Shown one piece after another: positions 1 to 9,251 of a DNA stretch of 41,203 bases. Numbering within the stretch: the first letter of the stretch is position 1; every line of letters begins with the position of its first letter. The position numbers and the translations under genes are program-made. Source of the stretch: a virus (Duplodnaviria; Caudoviricetes); the IMG/VR virus record IMGVR_UViG_3300032116_000478, positions 1 to 41,203 of that record; one strand, 5' to 3'. The notes below the pieces were generated by a model that saw nothing but the letters and a program-made list of their open reading frames with translations, was not told the DNA's origin and searched no databases.

Positions 1-229
1 GACCGACTTGCGCAGTGTGGACGGCATCGGCCGTCTTCGGATGCGTATCGACCCTACGCTGTACCATGCCTGGGGCACGAAGTACGGCTACGACTGCTGG
101 AAGGACTCGCAGTTCCTGAAGGAGATCGAGCGCGACAACCCGGAGGTTAGGGTTAAGTGCGGGGGTACACGCTTGCAGGTCGGTTGGCAAGGTGGCACAA
201 AGAGGAGCAGTCAGAAGTTCACTTTATGA
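1..229 (+). CDS. 5'-truncated copy of the hypothetical protein downstream of the capsid gene (full copy 38329-38709)
   Basis: Identical to the C-terminus of the 38329-38709 ORF. Confidence 0.85.
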   Translation, partial: TDLRSVDGIGRLRMRIDPTLYHAWGTKYGYDCWKDSQFLKEIERDNPEVRVKCGGTRLQVGWQGGTKRSSQKFTL

Positions 230-480
230 ATGTTGGCTCTAATCGTCAGCTCGCCGGCGAGTTCGGCGGCAAATACATCACCGCGGCCGACGGTACGGTG
301 AGCGGCAACTGGATGGAGATCCATGCCGTCTCGACGTCGATCCTGTCGGGCTGCACGTCCAACATCACCGGCTTGGGCTCTGGCGTGACCATACAGGCCG
401 GCGATTCGATCTCCGGTGTGTTCACCTCGCTCGCTCTGAGCAGCGGCGGTATCGTGGCGTACAACCGCAAGTGGGTCTAA
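226..480 (+). CDS. Small virion/structural hypothetical protein
   Basis: ATGA overlap with upstream stop; G/S/T-rich beta-type sequence MNVGSNRQLAGEF..., in the structural module. Confidence 0.75.
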   Translation: MNVGSNRQLAGEFGGKYITAADGTVSGNWMEIHAVSTSILSGCTSNITGLGSGVTIQAGDSISGVFTSLALSSGGIVAYNRKWV

Positions 481-483
481 TCA

Positions 484-720
484 ATGAGACTGGGACTAGG
501 CCTCGGCGTTGACGTCCAGCGGTTCGCTGGCGGCGGCGGCGGTGCGGACTATCCCATACTGCGGCGTGACTTGCTGCAGGAGGACGAGTTCTTTGTTCTG
601 CTGGAGAATGGCACTGACAAGATCGTCATCACCTTCGGCACTTTCGATTCTTTGCTCTTGGAAAGCGGGGACTTCCTGCTCCAGGAGGACACAGGCAAAC
701 TGATCATCCAAGCAAACTAG
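484..720 (+). CDS. Small structural protein with two LLxExGxxLLxE-type repeats
   Basis: 78-aa ORF; MRLGLGLG N-terminus; DLLQEDEFFVLLENG and LLLESGDFLLQEDTG repeats. Confidence 0.75.
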   Translation: MRLGLGLGVDVQRFAGGGGGADYPILRRDLLQEDEFFVLLENGTDKIVITFGTFDSLLLESGDFLLQEDTGKLIIQAN

Positions 721-723
721 CAT

Positions 724-1935
724 ATGGCAGACACGAAAATCACGGCCTTGGCGGCCATCACCACCGTCGATCCCGCGGCAGACGTTCTGCCGATTGTGGA
801 CGTCTCCGATACGTCGATGGCGGCGTCGGGCACCACGAAGAAGATCACCTCCAATCAGATCCTCGGAGCCGGCGGCACCGCCACCCTCGCCTCCGCCACC
901 ATCACCGGCGACCTGACGGTTCGAACGAACAAGCTGGCGGTTACTTCGACTGGTGTGGGTGCTGGCACTGCGAGTCCGACCAATCTGTTTACAATCGGCA
1001 CTGGCACTTATTCAGTAGCTGCTGCTTCCGGTACAGCGTCGATGTATGCAACGGTTGCTCAAGGGTTGGTGGTGCTTTCGGATGCTGTCACTTTTGCATC
1101 TAGGACTGGAGGCGACAAACTTCTGCTCGACTCCTCCGGCAACGTCGGCGTGGGGGTTACGCCGAGTGCGTGGCATAGCACTTACAAGGCGTTCCAGATT
1201 GGTGCTGGTGGATCTGTTGCATACACGACTGATACCACTGGATATTCGTTTCTCCTTAACAATGCGTATTACGATGGAACAAATTGGTTGCGATTGATCG
1301 GAACCGCTGGAACTCCTGTTGCTGCTACCGCATACAGCCAAAATCAGGGACAACATCAATGGCTTTACGCAGGAACCGGGACGGCAGCATCTACGATCAC
1401 CTGGACAACCGGGATGACGCTGGATGCGAGTGGGAATCTGTTGGTGGGGAAGACGGCTCTTAGCGATACCACTGTTGGTTGGTATGTCAGACCGAATGGC
1501 ATCACAACCGCAACGATGTCTTCTTCTGTTAATACTGATACAAGCTATCAACTTTATTCAACTGGTGCATCAGCTTATCGTTTCTATGTCGGAATGGGAG
1601 GCACTGTGTACGCCACCAACACGACGATTTCTGCAATCTCAGATGCTCGCTTGAAGGAGAACGTGCAGGACATCGACGTTGGTCTTGATGCCATCCTCGC
1701 CCTCAAGCCCCGCAAGTTCGATTGGAAGACTGGAAAAGGTAAGAACATCAAGGGAGACCGTGGTTTCATCGCTCAGGAGTTTGAAACCGTGTTCCCGAAC
1801 CTGATCGACGAGTGGAAAGATCCTGCCCCTGAAGGAGAGGCTCCTTACAAGTCCGTTCGCCAAGACCTCATTCCTGTGCTGGTGAAGGCCATCCAAGAAC
1901 TCGCCGCTGAAGTCAACGCTCTGAAGAACGCCTAA
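724..1935 (+). CDS. Tail fibre/spike with C-terminal intramolecular chaperone (peptidase S74-like), allele A
   Basis: T/G/S-rich fibre repeats (GNVGVG, GNLLVG); SDARLKENV autocleavage motif, GFIAQE, terminal coiled coil LVKAIQEL. Confidence 0.9.
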   Translation: MADTKITALAAITTVDPAADVLPIVDVSDTSMAASGTTKKITSNQILGAGGTATLASATITGDLTVRTNKLAVTSTGVGAGTASPTNLFTIGTGTYSVAAASGTASMYATVAQGLVVLSDAVTFASRTGGDKLLLDSSGNVGVGVTPSAWHSTYKAFQIGAGGSVAYTTDTTGYSFLLNNAYYDGTNWLRLIGTAGTPVAATAYSQNQGQHQWLYAGTGTAASTITWTTGMTLDASGNLLVGKTALSDTTVGWYVRPNGITTATMSSSVNTDTSYQLYSTGASAYRFYVGMGGTVYATNTTISAISDARLKENVQDIDVGLDAILALKPRKFDWKTGKGKNIKGDRGFIAQEFETVFPNLIDEWKDPAPEGEAPYKSVRQDLIPVLVKAIQELAAEVNALKNA

Positions 1936-1939
1936 TCTT

Positions 1940-2353
1940 ATGACTCCCCTCTGGAAAATCGAAACCCTGTGGGTCAAGCCTGTCGAAGGCTCTCTGACCG
2001 ATGTCGTCGTCACCGCCGCTTGGCGTTGCTCTGCTACGGATGGTCAGTACAGCGGATCGGTCTATGCGACGGTCTCGTTCTCACCGCCTGATCCGTCGAG
2101 CTTCATCGCGTTCAATAGCCTGACGCAGGAGGAAGTGCTGAACTGGGTGTGGACTTCTGGCGTGGACAAAACCGCTGCCGAAGCCGCTGTGGCCCAGCAG
2201 ATCGAGAATCAAAAGAATCCTCCGATCACCACTCCTCCGCTGCCGTGGGGCGACTCGGTTGTCGATGGAACCACCATCCAGGCTCCGGTGATCGCTCCTC
2301 CCGCGCCAGACTTGAGCGAGCCGGTGGCTCCGGTTATCGTTCCCGCCGAATGA
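1940..2353 (+). CDS. Tail-fibre-associated/assembly protein, allele A
   Basis: Directly follows the fibre gene; FIAFNSLTQEEVLNWV...PPLPW motif; homologous to 40419-40895. Confidence 0.75.
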   Translation: MTPLWKIETLWVKPVEGSLTDVVVTAAWRCSATDGQYSGSVYATVSFSPPDPSSFIAFNSLTQEEVLNWVWTSGVDKTAAEAAVAQQIENQKNPPITTPPLPWGDSVVDGTTIQAPVIAPPAPDLSEPVAPVIVPAE

Positions 2354-2496
2354 TTACCATCGAACTGACTCAGGAGGAGATTCAGCAACTGCTGCAACTG
2401 ATCGACATCAGCGTCAAGGCTGGTGGCCTACAGAACGCCAAGGTTGCTCTGCCTATCGTGGACAAGATCGTAAACGCTGCGAACAAGCCCGAGTAA
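2350..2496 (+). CDS. Small helical hypothetical protein (48 aa), allele A
   Basis: ATGA overlap; MITIELTQEEIQQLLQLIDISVKAGG...; clear homolog at 40916-41095. Confidence 0.8.
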   Translation: MITIELTQEEIQQLLQLIDISVKAGGLQNAKVALPIVDKIVNAANKPE

Positions 2497-2499
2497 ACC

Positions 2500-2676
2500 A
2501 TGGACTCAACCAATCACTCTGGAAATAACAGCCCGATTGTTTCGCTCACCGCCGCTGCCGGGGTTACTGCTGCCTCGTTCATTCCGGTGCTGACAGATTG
2601 GGTGCGTTTAGCAACTGCTGTGATCGGCTTGATCTGTGCGCTCTACGGAGCCTACAAACTATTCTTCAAAAGATGA
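2500..2676 (+). CDS. Small membrane protein, holin-like (58 aa)
   Basis: Read manually: MDSTNHSGNNSPIVSLTAAAGVTAASFIPVLTDWVRLATAVIGLICALYGAYKLFFKR; 1-2 hydrophobic helices and a basic C-tail. Confidence 0.7.
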   Translation: MDSTNHSGNNSPIVSLTAAAGVTAASFIPVLTDWVRLATAVIGLICALYGAYKLFFKR

Positions 2677-2864
2677 AAAACACCAAGACCACGCTGGCCG
2701 GTATCGGCGCAATTCTCGTCGCCATTGGCGGTGCGCTGAAGGCTATGTTTGATGGCGATCCTGCGACCTCCGTTGATATCGCGTCGACCATTGCTGCGGC
2801 TACGGCAGGATTCGGACTTATCATGGCGAAGGATGCCAAAGAGGCCGACAAGAAACCCGAGTGA
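2673..2864 (+). CDS. Two-TM membrane protein, holin-like
   Basis: ATGA overlap; MKNTKTTLAGIGAILVAIGG...IAAATAGFGLIMAKD; charged C-terminus. Confidence 0.72.
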   Translation: MKNTKTTLAGIGAILVAIGGALKAMFDGDPATSVDIASTIAAATAGFGLIMAKDAKEADKKPE

Positions 2865-3031
2865 ACTGGATTTACCAGATTCTCAAGGCGTTCCTTGATT
2901 GGTTCCGAGAAACTCCTCCACCAGACGTTCAACACGGCAATGCACCCAAGCCTCTCAAGAATGATCTGGCTGCTCGTATTGCCGATCTGCCTGGGTTGCC
3001 GGACAAAGGTGGTGATGGTCCCGCACGGTGA
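2861..3031 (+). CDS. Small protein, possible inner-spanin-like partner (56 aa)
   Basis: GTGA overlap; MNWIYQILKAFLDWFRETPPP...; overlaps the downstream lipoprotein ORF in another frame. Confidence 0.55.
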   Translation: MNWIYQILKAFLDWFRETPPPDVQHGNAPKPLKNDLAARIADLPGLPDKGGDGPAR

Positions 3032-3155
3032 CCCGGTGCTGATCGCTAGGCCGGTGAAGGCCAGCGTGTATGCCTTCGACCGTGACGGTAAGCTCTCCGG
3101 GCCTTCCAAGGTCGAGATCCCTGCCGGGTGGTATGCTCTACCGAAAGCCAAATGA
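2961..3155 (+). CDS. Small lipoprotein, outer-spanin (Rz1)-like
   Basis: MIWLLVLPICLG-C lipobox-like signal; Pro-rich mature part; lysis-cluster context. Confidence 0.6.
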   Translation: MIWLLVLPICLGCRTKVVMVPHGDPVLIARPVKASVYAFDRDGKLSGPSKVEIPAGWYALPKAK

Positions 3156-3400
3156 TCAACTACAAGGGCAACAAGTTCAGCGGCTACAACAAGCCGAAGG
3201 CAACTCCCGGAGAGTCGAAGAAGTCCGCGGTGCTCGCCAAAGAAGGCGACAAGGTTGCCTTGGTTCGCTTCGGCGATCCTGAGATGACGATCAAAGCTCA
3301 TTTGCCGGAGCACAAGAAGTCGTTCCGTGCCCGTCACGGTTGCGACAATCCGGGATCGAAACTATCGGCCAAGTATTGGTCGTGCGCAGCGTGGAAATAA
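3152..3400 (+). CDS. Conserved basic phage hypothetical protein
   Basis: ATGA overlap; GYNKPK...RFGDPEM...KSFRARHGC...SAKYWSC motif, which I recognise from aquatic phage proteins. Confidence 0.75.
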   Translation: MINYKGNKFSGYNKPKATPGESKKSAVLAKEGDKVALVRFGDPEMTIKAHLPEHKKSFRARHGCDNPGSKLSAKYWSCAAWK

Positions 3401-4327
3401 ATGAGAACCGTAACCTACGACTACGTCCTGCAACGCGCCTGTGAGCTCACTGGGCGCGTTTTCTCTACGCTGACGACCGAGGAGTCCAACTTCTTCCGTA
3501 CGTTCATCTCGATGTCATTACGGAGCGCCTGGGAGTGCTTCGACTGGCCCGAGCAGACCGTGTATCAGCAGGAGTTCTTTGCGGCCGACTACAGCGCCGT
3601 GCAGGTCTACTCGGCCGGCATGGTTGTGTACTATCCGACCGAGGAGAAGTACTACCAGTACGTCGGGTCGATCAACAGCGGCAATCCTCCGACGCTGAAT
3701 GGCCCGAATGGCACGCTGAACGCGCAGTTCTGGGCTGAAGCCAAGCCTGACTACGGCAACAGCGATGGAAACTGGGATAGCACAACGACCTACACCATCG
3801 GTCAGATCGTGCTGTATCCTGAAACTCAGGAGTACTACCAGCTCTTCGCCACTGCTGCTGCAGGCACTGTCCCGACCAATGCGACGTATTGGGGCAAACT
3901 GAACAAGTTCCTGCGCAACATCTCGCAGACGCTGGAGCCCGATGGCAGCGATCGCACTGTTGAGATCGGCGAGACGTTCTCGGTGTGGCCTTCCGACCCT
4001 CGGGTGACGTGGCGCCAGCAGGAGGTCACCTACACCTTCACCGACGACGGCATCCTCGTTGAGAACGAGCTGCCTTATGTGTGGCTGGAGTTCCGCAAGG
4101 TGCCGCCGTTGCTTTCGAATGCTGCCGAGGCTAGTGCCTATGCCTTCCCGTATCGGTTCGTGGAGATCTGCTCGCTGAAGGCTGCCGGCCAGATGCTGCG
4201 CGTCGACGGCAAGATCGACTTGGGTAACCAGTTCTTGGAGTTAGGCGAGGCTGAACTCACCAAGGAGATCGACAAGGTTGCCACTCAGGAGAAGTATGTG
4301 CGGCAGATAATCGTGCCCAACCGCTGA
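3401..4327 (+). CDS. Head-tail adaptor (tail tubular protein A-like) with inserted carbohydrate-binding-like repeats
   Basis: Position before the nozzle gene; AWECFDWPE motif; helical termini; two Y/W-rich inserts. Confidence 0.6.
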   Translation: MRTVTYDYVLQRACELTGRVFSTLTTEESNFFRTFISMSLRSAWECFDWPEQTVYQQEFFAADYSAVQVYSAGMVVYYPTEEKYYQYVGSINSGNPPTLNGPNGTLNAQFWAEAKPDYGNSDGNWDSTTTYTIGQIVLYPETQEYYQLFATAAAGTVPTNATYWGKLNKFLRNISQTLEPDGSDRTVEIGETFSVWPSDPRVTWRQQEVTYTFTDDGILVENELPYVWLEFRKVPPLLSNAAEASAYAFPYRFVEICSLKAAGQMLRVDGKIDLGNQFLELGEAELTKEIDKVATQEKYVRQIIVPNR

Positions 4328-4328
4328 T

Positions 4329-7148
4329 ATGCCTGACCTGCCTCAAATCGGTGCAATCGACGATGGATTCGTTGGAGTGGTATCACGCATTGACCCTGCG
4401 CTGATCCCGGCCTCCTACGTTTCCAACGCCGTCAACCGACGCTTCGAGGATCAGGTCATCAAGAACCGCTGGGGCATTGTGCAGCCCAAGTGGGGTGGTA
4501 AGTGGGAGCTGCTGAACCGCGTGGTGACGGTGACCTCCAACTCTGTTTCCACAGTCCCTGTCAGCGGCACGCCCATCCCTCAGAACGCAAGCATCTCCTC
4601 AGACCCAGTCGCCAACGTGCTGGTCTTTTCCAACGGCACCCGATGTCTCTTGGATGATGGGACCAACTGCGTGATGTCGACCGCAGCACTGGCTTTCACA
4701 GGGGCTCCGGTCAACCGCACTGTTCAGTTCTACAACCAGACGCTGCCCTTCGAGGACATCCTCGGCGTCCTGCCCTACCGCGACCCGGACACCGGGGCCA
4801 ATGCACTTCTGGTGGCAGTCAATGAGGCACGGACCTCCGACGGTGGCCAGGGCAAGGTCTGGTGCATCCGGCCCAACCAGTCGCCCGTCGAGGTGCCCAT
4901 GAACGGGCACGACATCTACCTGCCGGTGCGCCTCATCCAGGCCACCAACGGCGTGGTCATGCTGCGCCCGGGCAACGCCCGATACTACTTCTCAAGTGCC
5001 TCAGGAATCTACGACAACATCCTGATGGAGAACGGGAGCAATATCCTGTGCGAGGACTCCACGGTGCTTTCGGACGAGGACTCCACACAGGTCAACCTAA
5101 ACGTGGTGCCCGACCTTACCACGGGCGACATCGTGACCATCGGCGGTGTGGGCGACGTGGCCCCCCTCTGGACTGCAACACCGGGTTCTGGTCAAGGCTT
5201 CCAGTTCTTTGTAAACGTGGTCAACGAGGAGGTCTCGCTCCACCTGACATTGGTTGATGCTCGCGCCGGCACAAACGCCTTGCCGCTCAGTCCTGAGAAC
5301 AACGCCCGCTACTACATTGAGCGCTCTGCCAACCTGACCGGCTACGACCTGGCGCAAGACATCGTCGACAACCTGAACGACGGGATGCCCATCCTGATGC
5401 AGGGCAACGCCACGTTCCCGTCGGCGCTCGACGCCGGGTTCGACCGCATCCCGTCTACGCTGTCCATCGTTGGCTCTGACTCCACCGGAGACACGCTGAC
5501 GGTCTACAACCACAACTTCATCCCGGGCGACCAGGTCTCGATCTCGAACGTGGTTGGAAGCGCCACGGTCAACAACCAGATCTACTACGTCTACCCGGTC
5601 GACAACAACACGCTGAAGCTCTTCAGCGGCACGACCGAGGAGACCGACTCGCTAAACGACGCTGGTCGCGCCATCATCCAGCTCACGACCACTGGCACGT
5701 CGCCTAACATCACGATCAGCGCGGTCACGATCCTCAATCAGGGCTCCGGCTACCTCTCGGCCCCGGTGATCACGGTCTCTGGAACATCCAGTGTGGCCGC
5801 AAGCCTGACTGCAACAGTCACCAACGGAATCGTCAGCTCGGTAGCAATCGTCAACGGCGGCACCTACTCGACCACACCCACGGTCTCGGTGGCCATGCCC
5901 TCCACGCTGGTCGACGTGGACAACAACAACATCACCGGCAGCATCAAACGCTCGAGTGCTTCCGGTTCCTCGGTGCCCCCGGGCCGCGAGGGCCTGTACT
6001 TCCAGAACCGCCTGCTGCTGCTCTACGGCAACGACTACCTGGCCGTCTCCGACGTGCTGGATCCGCTGCACTACAGCCCGGTGCTCAACGAGTTCAAGCT
6101 CAACACCGGCAGCAATGACCGCGTGGTGGCCCTGTACCCGTTCAACACCACCACGCTGCTGGTCTTCAAGGAACGCTCGGTGCTGGCTGTGGAGAACCTC
6201 TACGGCGACCTGTCGACCACCCGGCTGACCGAGATTACCCGGGAGTTCGGCTGCGTGTCTCAGGCTTCCATCGCAGGCACAGGCTCCGACGTCATCTTCC
6301 TCTCCCAACGCGGCATCATCAGCCTGCGCCAGACCGAGTTTGGTATTAGTCAGTCGGTGGTTCTGCCCCTCTCCGACCAGATCCAGAACATCGTCGACGA
6401 CATCGATCAGGCCTTCTGGGGCAACGCCTGTGCGACCTACTTCGCCAACCGCTACATCCTGAGCGTGCCCGTCGAAGGCGGTGACGGCAGCAACCAGCGC
6501 ACGCTGGTCTACAACTTCCTGAACAAGGCCTGGGAGGGTTACTGGGAGGGCTCGCTACTGGTTCCGCGGTTCTGGTGCCGTGTCATCGTAGCAGGCACCG
6601 ACACGCTCTGCTGGGCCGATGAGAGTGGCCTGATCCACCAGTTCGACCCGCTCGGTCTCGTGGACGTCAACCTGGCCGGAAACCTCATCCAGATGTCGAC
6701 CGAGGTTCGCTTCCGCGGCTACACCGGGGAGGACAACGTCGACCACAAGCAGTGGACCGATATCCAGTTCGAGTTGGGCAACTGGAACACCCGCTATTCC
6801 ATCACCGCGCAGTTCGACGGTGTGAACGAGTCCTATGTGGTCGCCACCGACCAGACCAAGGATCGCACGGCCTACTACACCTACGGCAGCGGCACCTACA
6901 ACACGAACAACACCGGCGACAACTTCTTGGCCCCGTACCGCGAGGACTACTCGGTTACCACCCAGTTCCGCTGCGGCAACAACGGATGGAAGGCCGGTCT
7001 GCACCAGTTCTTCAGCCACAAGGCCCGACTGCGCAAGCATTCGGCCTCTGTGCAGCCGCTGATCACCACCGATCAGGGCTCGCTCGACATCTACAGCGCC
7101 AAGGTCATCGGCATCGCATTCCGACTCTACGGCAAGAACGACGTCTAA
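4329..7148 (+). CDS. Tail nozzle/DNA stabilization protein (tail tubular B / P22 gp10-like) with inserted beta domains
   Basis: 939 aa; beta-propeller-like C-half (YFQNRLLL, LLVFKERS, FGCVSQASI, VIFLSQRGI, LVYNFLNKAW); podovirus synteny. Confidence 0.72.
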   Translation: MPDLPQIGAIDDGFVGVVSRIDPALIPASYVSNAVNRRFEDQVIKNRWGIVQPKWGGKWELLNRVVTVTSNSVSTVPVSGTPIPQNASISSDPVANVLVFSNGTRCLLDDGTNCVMSTAALAFTGAPVNRTVQFYNQTLPFEDILGVLPYRDPDTGANALLVAVNEARTSDGGQGKVWCIRPNQSPVEVPMNGHDIYLPVRLIQATNGVVMLRPGNARYYFSSASGIYDNILMENGSNILCEDSTVLSDEDSTQVNLNVVPDLTTGDIVTIGGVGDVAPLWTATPGSGQGFQFFVNVVNEEVSLHLTLVDARAGTNALPLSPENNARYYIERSANLTGYDLAQDIVDNLNDGMPILMQGNATFPSALDAGFDRIPSTLSIVGSDSTGDTLTVYNHNFIPGDQVSISNVVGSATVNNQIYYVYPVDNNTLKLFSGTTEETDSLNDAGRAIIQLTTTGTSPNITISAVTILNQGSGYLSAPVITVSGTSSVAASLTATVTNGIVSSVAIVNGGTYSTTPTVSVAMPSTLVDVDNNNITGSIKRSSASGSSVPPGREGLYFQNRLLLLYGNDYLAVSDVLDPLHYSPVLNEFKLNTGSNDRVVALYPFNTTTLLVFKERSVLAVENLYGDLSTTRLTEITREFGCVSQASIAGTGSDVIFLSQRGIISLRQTEFGISQSVVLPLSDQIQNIVDDIDQAFWGNACATYFANRYILSVPVEGGDGSNQRTLVYNFLNKAWEGYWEGSLLVPRFWCRVIVAGTDTLCWADESGLIHQFDPLGLVDVNLAGNLIQMSTEVRFRGYTGEDNVDHKQWTDIQFELGNWNTRYSITAQFDGVNESYVVATDQTKDRTAYYTYGSGTYNTNNTGDNFLAPYREDYSVTTQFRCGNNGWKAGLHQFFSHKARLRKHSASVQPLITTDQGSLDIYSAKVIGIAFRLYGKNDV

Positions 7149-7154
7149 ACCACC

Positions 7155-8060
7155 ATGCCACTCTTTGTAACTGTCACCCCGGGCACCACGATCAGCTCAA
7201 CCACCACGCTGTCGGCCTCGACGCTCAACCTCTTGGGCACGCCCAGCATCGACATCACCGGCTCGGTCGATGGCGGCACGCTCTCGGTGGCCGATGGTTC
7301 GCTGACTCTTGCCAAGTTCGCATCGATCTCCGGCAGTCGGCTTATCGGCAACGGCAACGCCGTGTCGGCCTATCCAGCGGAACTTTCCTCGACCGACTTG
7401 GCGTTCACTGCAAGCACGGTGAACATCGGCACCGGGGCTGTGACCACCGCCAAGCTGGCCGACTCCTCGTCAACCACCACCGGCGTCACATACGCCAAGA
7501 TCCAGCACGTCACCGATGCTCGTCTGATCGGTCGCTCTGCTGGCACCAACGGCGTCGCCCAGGAGATCACTGTCGGGTCCGGGCTGTCACTGGCCAGCGG
7601 TGCGCTGACCAACGGCATCCTGCGGTATACCACCAGTGCCAAGAGCATCCCGCTGATTGCTTCCGGTAGCCAGGCCGTTCAATGGCTGACCACTTCAACG
7701 GAGCTGCCATCGCTGTCGGTTGCGCCTCAGATGGTGCGTGTGGTCCTGGAATGCTTCACCAACGACGGCCCGTTCGTTGTGGGTAATGAAGTGGACATTC
7801 AGAGTGTTGTGATGCAGGGGTTCCAGAATAACTTCCCAATTTTCAACTACGTCCCAACGGTTTCATCTGGCGTTGTTTCAGGTTCCAATATCTTCCTGAA
7901 TGTCTGGTTCAGTAGCCAGACCCCGGGCAACCCAACGCCTTTTGCGTCGGCTTCAACCTCTCGGCTTTTTGTCCTGACCAGCGCTGGTGCTTACCAAGAG
8001 CTGACTCGGGCCAACTGGAAGGTGAAGGCCTACCTGCTCTACGCCTCGACCTGGGCATGA
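7155..8060 (+). CDS. Short tail fibre/needle-like protein
   Basis: T/S/G-rich; AVTTAKLAD and VTYAKIQ repeats shared with the 17951-20455 fibre. Confidence 0.65.
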   Translation: MPLFVTVTPGTTISSTTTLSASTLNLLGTPSIDITGSVDGGTLSVADGSLTLAKFASISGSRLIGNGNAVSAYPAELSSTDLAFTASTVNIGTGAVTTAKLADSSSTTTGVTYAKIQHVTDARLIGRSAGTNGVAQEITVGSGLSLASGALTNGILRYTTSAKSIPLIASGSQAVQWLTTSTELPSLSVAPQMVRVVLECFTNDGPFVVGNEVDIQSVVMQGFQNNFPIFNYVPTVSSGVVSGSNIFLNVWFSSQTPGNPTPFASASTSRLFVLTSAGAYQELTRANWKVKAYLLYASTWA

Positions 8061-8470
8061 TCCCCGCCATTACAGACTACCTGCTGCGTAAGCTCCCGGA
8101 CAGCTTCAATGGCTGGACCCGTGAGGCCGTGGAGGACTATGTGCTGTTCCACGCGCAGCAGGGCACGCTCAAGATCGCCACTCAGGACGATCAGGTGGTT
8201 GCCGTGCTTGTAGGCTGGCGCCAGATGGGTGCAGAGCCGAAGGCATGGGAGTGGCAAGCAACCGATCCCAATGGCGACCACTGGTACTGGCATCAATTCG
8301 CCGCGGATTGCGCGGTGTTTGCCATGGCAGTAGCGGCTAAGTTCTTCCACGACCGGCCTGAGTCGGCGATTCTGCCGGCCATCGGTTATCGAAACGGTAA
8401 ACTGACCACCTACAAGAAAGGCTCTATGCCGATCTACAGGGTGGCGGACAAAAAATATGGCATCAGTTGA
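8057..8470 (+). CDS. Hypothetical protein, possibly GNAT-fold virion assembly protein
   Basis: ATGA overlap; position between tail and ejection genes like T7 gp13/P22 gp14; DQVVAVLVGW beta motif. Confidence 0.5.
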   Translation: MIPAITDYLLRKLPDSFNGWTREAVEDYVLFHAQQGTLKIATQDDQVVAVLVGWRQMGAEPKAWEWQATDPNGDHWYWHQFAADCAVFAMAVAAKFFHDRPESAILPAIGYRNGKLTTYKKGSMPIYRVADKKYGIS

Positions 8471-9251
8471 GGCACCAGCACCACGGGACTACGGCAAGGA
8501 GACTGCGGAAACCCTCCGCGCCCAGATTGACCTAGCGCCCGAGAAATACGCAGCCGAGGCGCAATACGCCCCGAAATACCAAGCACTGCAGCTCGGTCTG
8601 CTGCGTAGTGCAACCCCGGAACTGTTGTCGCTCTACAAGGAGCAGATCGCGCCGACCATGGGCGAGGTCGAGGCGGCCGCCCGTAGCCGTTCCCGTGCTG
8701 GCGACATTGCCGACATCGAACGACTCGGGCCGCAAGCCCGTGCTGCGATCAAGGCTGCCTCACCGGAGCAGGCTGCCTTGGCCGACACGCTGACCGCACA
8801 GGCCACATCGGCCTTGCGTGCAGGATCGCGTTTAACGCCCGAGCAGCAGCGCCAGCTTGAGCAGCAGACCCGAGGCAGCCTAGCGGCCCGTGGACTCGCT
8901 GGCAGCCCCACAGGAGCGCTGCAGGAGGCTGTCCGTTCTCAGATGGTTGGTGCCGGCCTTCAGCAGCAGCGTCAGCAGCAGGCAATGGGCGCTCTCGGGG
9001 CGTCACAGGGCGTCTATGGCGACGTCTTCCAGCAGGTGCTTGGACGGCCTTCGCAGGCCTTTGGCGCCTCGCAGGGCTTTGTCGGGCAGGCTCAAGGATT
9101 CAACCCTGGCCAGCTCTTCAACCCAGAGAGCCAGTATGCCGCCAACCTGATTGGTGGTAACCAGCAGGCCCAGCTTGCCGCCCGTACCGCTTCTGCCGCC
9201 AACACCACCGCGCTGATCGGCGCCGGTATGTCTGCCGCTGCCAGCCTATGA
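8457..9251 (+). CDS. Putative DNA ejection/internal virion protein
   Basis: A/Q/G-rich helical; APAPRDYGKE N-terminus; LAARGLAGS motif; Gly/Ala C-tail. Confidence 0.65.
   Translation: MASVEAPAPRDYGKETAETLRAQIDLAPEKYAAEAQYAPKYQALQLGLLRSATPELLSLYKEQIAPTMGEVEAAARSRSRAGDIADIERLGPQARAAIKAASPEQAALADTLTAQATSALRAGSRLTPEQQRQLEQQTRGSLAARGLAGSPTGALQEAVRSQMVGAGLQQQRQQQAMGALGASQGVYGDVFQQVLGRPSQAFGASQGFVGQAQGFNPGQLFNPESQYAANLIGGNQQAQLAARTASAANTTALIGAGMSAAASL

Larger units (their letters stand above)
1..1892. repeat. Long direct repeat, copy 1 (matches 38481-40372; offset 38,480 bp = genome unit length)
   Basis: Sequence and ORF translations match at offset 38480 until ...GTGAAGGCCAT, then diverge (CCAAGAACTCG vs TCAGGAACTCA). 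Confidence 0.97.

Noticed and set aside
1-1892. Genuine terminal direct repeat of the virion DNA
   Set aside because: The repeat starts mid-gene and is followed by 830 bp of extra diverged sequence; more consistent with circular-assembly overrun
6752-7669. 305-aa + strand alternative-frame ORF across the nozzle/fibre genes
   Set aside because: H/R/Q-rich frame-shadow composition and spans two genes; no RBS or protein-like features
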